Part shown: positions 56,852-64,000 of the stretch, in pieces
How the letters are laid out: each line of letters begins with the position of its first letter
How positions within the stretch are numbered: position 1 is the first letter of the stretch
Source of the DNA: an uncultured Chloroflexia bacterium
Lineage (GTDB): Bacteria; Chloroflexota; Limnocylindria; Limnocylindrales; CSP1-4
Direction of reading: 5' to 3'
NCBI GenBank assembly: GCA_963760625.1
Contig: CAVXDU010000002.1
Location: 670,068 to 734,067, forward strand
Length of the DNA: 64,000 nucleotides
Translations under genes and position numbers: made by a program
The notes under the pieces: generated by a model
Told to the model about the DNA's origin: nothing
Seen by the model: the letters and a program-made list of their open reading frames with translations, nothing else
Databases searched by the model: none

Positions 56852-57622
56852 GTGCGGATGGAGCACACCACAGTGGCCGGGGAGACGCCGGAGGACACTG
56901 GCTCACCCACGGCCATCAGCCGCGGGCGCCCCAGCTACTCCTGGCGCTACGGCCAGGATCGCCGGCTGGAGATGGTCCGCCAGCACGTCGACCTCGATGG
57001 AGCCCGCATCCTCGACATCGGCTGCGGCATCGGGACCTACGTCCGCCGCTTCCGGCAGTACAGCGACGAGGTGTATGGCATCGAGGTGGAGGCCGACCGG
57101 GTGGCGGAGGCGAGCCTGGAACTGCCGAACATCCAGCTGGCCTACGGCGAGGCCATCCCATTCGGTACCGACAGCTTCGACCTTGTGTTCTCCAACGAGG
57201 TCATCGAACACGTGGAGGACGACCGCCAGACCATCGCGGAGGCGGTCCGGGTGACCAGGCCAGGCGGGACCATCGTGACCTTCGCACCCAACCGCCTGTA
57301 CCCCTTCGAGACTCACGGGGTCTATCTCGGGGGACGCTATCGATTCGGAAATATCCCGCTCGTGAACTGGCTACCGGACCCGGTGCGGGATCGGTTCGTG
57401 CCCCATGTGCGGGCGTACACCGGCCACGGGATCCGGGCACTGTTCCGGGGCCAGCCGGTCCGCCTGGTACACCACGGCATCATCTATCCCGGCTTCGATA
57501 ACGTCAGCGCACGCCACGCGACCATCGGCCCACTATTGCGTCGGGCGCTCTACACAGCGGAGCACACCCCACTCCGGGCCTTCGGGCTGTCGCACTTCCT
57601 TGTGGTGCGAAAGGTCGTCTGA
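56852..57622 (+). CDS. class I SAM-dependent methyltransferase
   Basis: Intact 256 aa. Motif I ARILDIGCGIGTY, post-I DEVYGIEVE, and IPFGTDSFDLVFSNEVIEHVED, RVTRPGGTIV. Confidence 0.8.
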   Translation: MRMEHTTVAGETPEDTGSPTAISRGRPSYSWRYGQDRRLEMVRQHVDLDGARILDIGCGIGTYVRRFRQYSDEVYGIEVEADRVAEASLELPNIQLAYGEAIPFGTDSFDLVFSNEVIEHVEDDRQTIAEAVRVTRPGGTIVTFAPNRLYPFETHGVYLGGRYRFGNIPLVNWLPDPVRDRFVPHVRAYTGHGIRALFRGQPVRLVHHGIIYPGFDNVSARHATIGPLLRRALYTAEHTPLRAFGLSHFLVVRKVV

Positions 57623-57669
57623 TCTGCGCATGCCCGCCGTTCGGCCCCGTTGGACCATGACGGCGTCGA

Positions 57670-59629
57670 TCACGGTGGGGATGGGGTCCGCGTCGGAACC
57701 GGAGAAGGCGGACTTGCTGATGGCACCACCGGCGAAGGTGTCTCGGGGGGCGCTTCCGCGGACCCCGACCCGTCGGCGGGTTCCGGCGACGACTCCGGTG
57801 AGGCTGTCGGCGTGGAGGTTGGACCGGGCGAGGGCGGTGCCACCGAACCCTCTGGGGCGTACCAGATGTCGACCGGGACGGGTACCGACCAATTGCCGGC
57901 AACGTCGCGCCACTGCACCTGGATGGTGCGCGTGCCGAAGTAGACCGGTGCATCCGTGCTCTCGGGCTCCGGGGACGGCTCACTGGCGGGGATCGGGCGG
58001 AGGATGCGATTCGGTCGGACCGGGCGATGTGGACGGTCCCGCTGAGAAGGTGGGATGGGCGGAGACAGTCGAGGATGGGGTCGCCGTCGGTCCCGGTGTC
58101 GCCGCGGACCTGGACCCTCGCTTCGAACCGAGCCTGGGCGGGATGACGACCTGGCCATCGACCACGGACCAAGTGACCTGCCCGGTGGCGGGCCACGTCG
58201 TGCCGCTGACGAGGGCACCGTCAGCGGCCACGTCCGGCTCGTTGGACAGGCGCACGAACGCCATGCCGCTGCCGCCCTGCTCATCGTTGCCGCGCAGGTC
58301 GACCTGCACCGGCCCAGCGGCGACGGGCATGCCCTGGTGCCGGCCAAGTGGCCCTGGCTGCACACTCGCCTCGCCCCTCGGAGCCTGGGTGTCCACGCGG
58401 TCGCCGACGGTGAGGTCGATGACCATCCACATCCCCGGCAGGCCGCCCGTGTAGCCCAGGGCCCACATACCGACACCCCGCATGCCCTGCTCGAGCGCGA
58501 ACCGGACCTTGGCCCCGAAGCCATCGATGTCGTCATACCAGACCTGGCGCCACGCCTCGGGGCAGGTATCACACGCCTTGCGCACATAGGCCGTCCAGGC
58601 CGACGCACTGACCGGCTCCCAGTTACGGCCGTTGGCCCGCGCGATGGCGACCGCGTCCTCGTACCATGAGAATCCGGGTCCGGTCAGGTCGCGGCCGCTC
58701 CGTGTTGGCGAGGACTCCTCGGGACCCTTGGTGGTCCATGCGCGGCCGTACCACGGCAGACCCAGGATGGCATTCGCTGGGTCCACCTCGGTCAGCAAGG
58801 CGGCCACTGTGGTCCGGATATCGAACAAGGTGACGGGTTCGTCGAGCGGGCTGTGGGACGCGGCATGGGACGCGCTGTTGCCGATGAAGTCGTAGGCCAT
58901 CAGGAACACCGCGTCGGCTGCATCGTCTGCGGTCAAGGCCGGGACGTCGTATTGGTCCACGCTGGCGGTGATGTCGAAGGTGATCTGGAGCCCCGGCCGC
59001 GTCGCGTCCAGGACGCTCCGCAGCTCCTGGACGAAGAGGGTGAACTTGTCGCGCACCTCGGCAGGCATCGGCTCGAAGTCCAGGTTGACGCCGTCGGCGC
59101 CCGCGGCCGTGAGCTCATCCGCGATCTCGCCCGCGAGCCGCTCCCTTGCCTTGCGGCTGCGCAGTAGCTTGATGGTCCTGGTGCGGGCCCCGGCATCCCA
59201 CGAGAATCGCTGGATGGTGAGGACCACCCGGACGCCCTTGGCCTGGGCCTCCGCCATCAGCGACTTCCATCGCGGGTCCTGCCAACCCCGGTACCCGGGT
59301 GGCACCCGCCCCTGGCTGTCCCTGCGGATGAGCTTGCCCTTGGGTCCTGCTTCTACGCCGAACCAGGCAAGGGTCGTCAGGCGGTCCAGGTCGACGCTGC
59401 GGGCAGCTCCGTCAAGCTCCCAGTAGGGCAGGAACCCGAACACCTCGCGATCGGCGAGCGCACGTACCCGTGGCACCGTCGGCGTGGCCGGTGGGGTCGA
59501 TCCGATGGGTCCCGGGACCTGGGGGGCGGAGGATTGGGCGAGGATCGGCGAGCCTGCCATGACGACCGCCAGGATGGCGGCGACCGCACCGCGCACCGCC
59601 CTGCGCGGCGTGTGTGGAGACTGGAGCAC
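57670..59629 (-). CDS. secreted glycoside hydrolase family 18 protein with C-terminal beta-rich domain and Pro/Ser/Thr-rich tail, frameshifted
   Basis: Signal AVAAILAVVMAGSPILAQS. GH18 features FGFLPYWE, catalytic GADGVNLDFE, LMAYDF, GLPWYGRAW, MWALGY. C-terminus TPSPVVPSASPPSPVPTRTPSPP. Confidence 0.65.
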
Positions 59630-59649
59630 GGTCCGACCCTACCCCAAGT

Positions 59650-61938
<2,289 letters not shown>

Positions 61939-61978
61939 GCTGGGACTCTCGGTTCCGGTGTCCGGCGGCCACGCCGGG

Positions 61979-61995
61979 ATACTCCCATGGAGTAT
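61979..61995. promoter_or_regulatory. AT-rich dyad ATACTCC-CAT-GGAGTAT upstream of copA overlapping a TATACT -10-like hexamer on the minus strand (candidate metalloregulator operator)
   Basis: 7-bp exact inverted repeat with 3-bp spacer about 40 bp upstream of the copA start. A locally AT-rich island in 70% GC DNA. Confidence 0.4.
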
Positions 61996-62048
61996 ATCAG
62001 CCGCCTCGCAGAGCCCGGCGCGGCTTGCCCAGGGGTGCCGGGCTCAGG

Positions 62049-62330
62049 CTAGCGCGTCACCGGTCGGATGGGAAAGACGCCGACCACGATGGGCACCGAC
62101 GGATCCCGACACAGCTCCACCCCGATGTCACCCTGGCGCAGCAGCTCGGCCACGAACGAGGACTCCCGACCCGGCAGGCCGACATACATGACGCCGTCCG
62201 GGCCATCGATGGGCGACACGTCGTCCGGCTGGCCGTTCAGCTCGAACCTGCGGCGCAACTCATGCATCGGAACGTACGGGCGGGACTTGATGAACCTGCG
62301 CAGTTGCGCCTGCGTGCAACCAGCCGGCTC
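62049..62330 (-). CDS. hypothetical protein upstream of copA (boundaries uncertain)
   Basis: C-terminal half of the 62049..62687 minus ORF: AQLRRFIKSRPYVPMHELRRRFELNGQPDDVSPIDGPDGVMYVGLPGRESSFVAELLRQGDIGVEL. No family recognised. Confidence 0.2.
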   Translation of the reverse strand, partial: EPAGCTQAQLRRFIKSRPYVPMHELRRRFELNGQPDDVSPIDGPDGVMYVGLPGRESSFVAELLRQGDIGVELCRDPSVPIVVGVFPIRPVTR

Positions 62331-62559
62331 GACCTGGCTGGTTGACTGCACCTGGCCGTTGGATGGCCCACGCCCAGGCACGTCAGGACCCTGCGTCGTC
62401 GGATGTGTGTCGACCGCGATCGGGCCGGTGGTCTCGGTTGCTGCGTCCTGGGTCACGGGGCGGTCATCCTGACAGGTCCGGAGCGCCGCTGGGCACGACG
62501 CCGGAGAGGGATGATAGTCCCCGATCTCCGCTGACTGCTGGCGCGCGTCGTTGGTGCGA

Positions 62560-63603
62560 CTACGCGAGCCACTCGCGCATGCGTGAGATCCACTCCTCGG
62601 TGATGGGGCGCTCGCTTGCGACCGTGTACCAGAGGCCGGCCCGCTCCACGTACGACGGCAGGGTCCGCAGCGCCTCCGCCACGTCATCCCACGTCACGCC
62701 CATCTCGTGCGGCCGATAGCGGACCCCGATGCGGTCCGCGATGCCCTTGATCACGTCAGGCTGGTTGCCCTGGAGATCGCTCATGAGGAGCACGCCGAGG
62801 GTCACCGGCTGACCGTGCAGGAAATGCTTCCCGGTCAGGTACTCCAGGTTGTAGAACACGAAGTGCTCCGCGCCTTCGATGTGCCGTGGGTTCCAGCCCG
62901 CGTTGTGGAACGATGCACCCCCCCAGCGAAGAGACTCAGCGAGGGCGCGGATGCCCGCATCGGAGACCTCGTGGATGGCATCCGCGTTGTCGATGACCCG
63001 ATCCAGCCCGACCCGCGCTTCCGCTTCCAGTGACGCGTCCCACGGCCACTTCTGCTCGACCTTGCCCACCTCGGCCGCCATCCGCCAGTCCCAGTGGCCG
63101 GTCCAGTAGCACAGGATGTCGCCGACGCCGGAGCGATTGAGGTCGATGGGCGCACTGCGGATGACGTCGAAGTCGACATACACCGCCTCAGGCACCGCGT
63201 ACGCAACATACCTGATCACACCGTCCACGCGCACCGCCGCTCGCTGGCCCCATGCCGCGTTCACTGAGAGTGCCGTCGGCACCTGGAACAGGGGCAGCCG
63301 CCGCTTCCAGGCGACGTACTTGGCAACGTCGAGCGCCTGGCCGCCGCCCAACCCGATGACCGACTCGCAATGGGGCAGCTCACCCACGATGCGGTCCAGT
63401 TCCACACGCTCCAGGCTGCTCACGAACAGCGGCCCGACCAGCTGGTCATCGAACGCATCCGCGAAACGTGGCCACAGGTCGTCCATGGTCACGACCAGGT
63501 ACGGTTGGTTGACGAAGGTCTTGAGCTCGGGTACCAGCCCTCGCCCGAAAACCGTCTGGAACAATTCCGGCACGTCGACTCCTCCCTCGGGCGCACGCCG
63601 CAC
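62560..63603 (-). CDS. iron-containing alcohol dehydrogenase superfamily protein (glycerol-1-phosphate dehydrogenase / AraM-like fold)
   Basis: Intact 347 aa. VIGLGGGQALDVAKYVAWKRRLPLFQVPTALSVNAAWGQRAAV, resembling the GGG..D.AK and PTT.S.DA motifs of the G1PDH/DHQS-like group. Confidence 0.6.
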   Translation of the reverse strand: MRRAPEGGVDVPELFQTVFGRGLVPELKTFVNQPYLVVTMDDLWPRFADAFDDQLVGPLFVSSLERVELDRIVGELPHCESVIGLGGGQALDVAKYVAWKRRLPLFQVPTALSVNAAWGQRAAVRVDGVIRYVAYAVPEAVYVDFDVIRSAPIDLNRSGVGDILCYWTGHWDWRMAAEVGKVEQKWPWDASLEAEARVGLDRVIDNADAIHEVSDAGIRALAESLRWGGASFHNAGWNPRHIEGAEHFVFYNLEYLTGKHFLHGQPVTLGVLLMSDLQGNQPDVIKGIADRIGVRYRPHEMGVTWDDVAEALRTLPSYVERAGLWYTVASERPITEEWISRMREWLA

Positions 63604-63618
63604 CCGTTTGATGTGTGG

Positions 63619-64000
63619 TTACTGGTGGTATGGCAGTCCGCCGCTGACGATGAGATGGCTGCCCGTGATCTGGTCGGCGGACGTGGAACACAGGAACGAC
63701 ACCGCACCAGCGATGTCGTCGGGGCGCTCAAGGCGACCCAGCAGCAGCCGTTCCCGGTACTCCTCCTTGACATCAGCGGCCGGCATGCCCCGTCGCTGAC
63801 CCTCCAGGTCCCACTCGGCGGCCATCATCTCCGTGTCCACGTCGCCCGGCCCCACGGCATTCACCGTGACCGAAGGCGCGAACTCCTGGGCCGCGACCTG
63901 GGTCAGGCCAACGACCGCGAACTTGGCCGCGCAGTAGGGTCCGAAGAACTTCGTCGTGCAGTTCACCTGGGCGACATACGAGCCAAGGTTGACGATGCGC
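63619..64000 (-). CDS. short-chain dehydrogenase/reductase (SDR), truncated by window end
   Basis: C-terminal part: YCAAKFAVVGLTQVAAQEFAPSVTVNAVGPGDVDTEM (catalytic YxxxK) ...ADQITGSHLIVSGGLPYHQ. Confidence 0.65.
   Translation of the reverse strand, partial: RIVNLGSYVAQVNCTTKFFGPYCAAKFAVVGLTQVAAQEFAPSVTVNAVGPGDVDTEMMAAEWDLEGQRRGMPAADVKEEYRERLLLGRLERPDDIAGAVSFLCSTSADQITGSHLIVSGGLPYHQ

Noticed and set aside
57670-57800. Pro/Ser/Thr-rich C-terminal tail of GH18 as a separate low-complexity gene
   Set aside because: It is contiguous in frame with the upstream beta-rich domain of the GH18 protein. Such PT-linkers or tails are common in secreted actinobacterial hydrolases.
57504-58196. Arg-rich antisense ORFs within the GH18 gene and similar Arg/Pro/Gly-rich ORFs throughout the track
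   Set aside because: Their composition is typical of antisense or off-frame translation in high-GC DNA. No domain is present, and they overlap well-supported genes.

Overview
This is high-GC (roughly 70%) bacterial chromosomal DNA with actinobacterial-type gene content, mostly core and accessory metabolism; I found no defence island, CRISPR array, rRNA or tRNA. The main blocks are: (1) A GntR-regulated L-fuconate (deoxy-sugar acid) uptake and catabolism locus: a cyclophilin, a sugar ABC transporter, an L-fuconate dehydratase (FucD) homolog and an SDR. (2) A dihydroorotase/allantoinase-like amidohydrolase divergent from a PhzF-family gene, then pheA and a MarR regulator. (3) A large branched-chain amino acid cluster on the minus strand, cimA-leuB-leuA-ilvC-ilvN-ilvB, preceded by a leader peptide and attenuator, with leuCD on the plus strand after an inserted leucine-rich-repeat gene. 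(4) An ECF sigma factor with an NHL beta-propeller anti-sigma partner, plus a VapBC pair. (5) A ribose-type sugar ABC transporter and ilvD. (6) Secreted S8 and S53 peptidases and a GH18 hydrolase. (7) An unusual fabD-fabF-NIPSNAP-MpaB-fabF lipid cluster. (8) A translationally coupled trehalose operon: an OtsA-OtsB fusion and a TreS-maltokinase fusion. (9) A dehydrogenase/kdgK/eda sugar-acid module. (10) A copper P-type ATPase. Many genes carry internal frameshifts while several very long genes are intact. Where it can be inspected, the shifts look like homopolymer indels, so I read them as sequencing or assembly errors and call those genes CDS with approximate ends. The high GC inflates spurious long ORFs in wrong frames; several giant track ORFs are chimeras of adjacent real genes.
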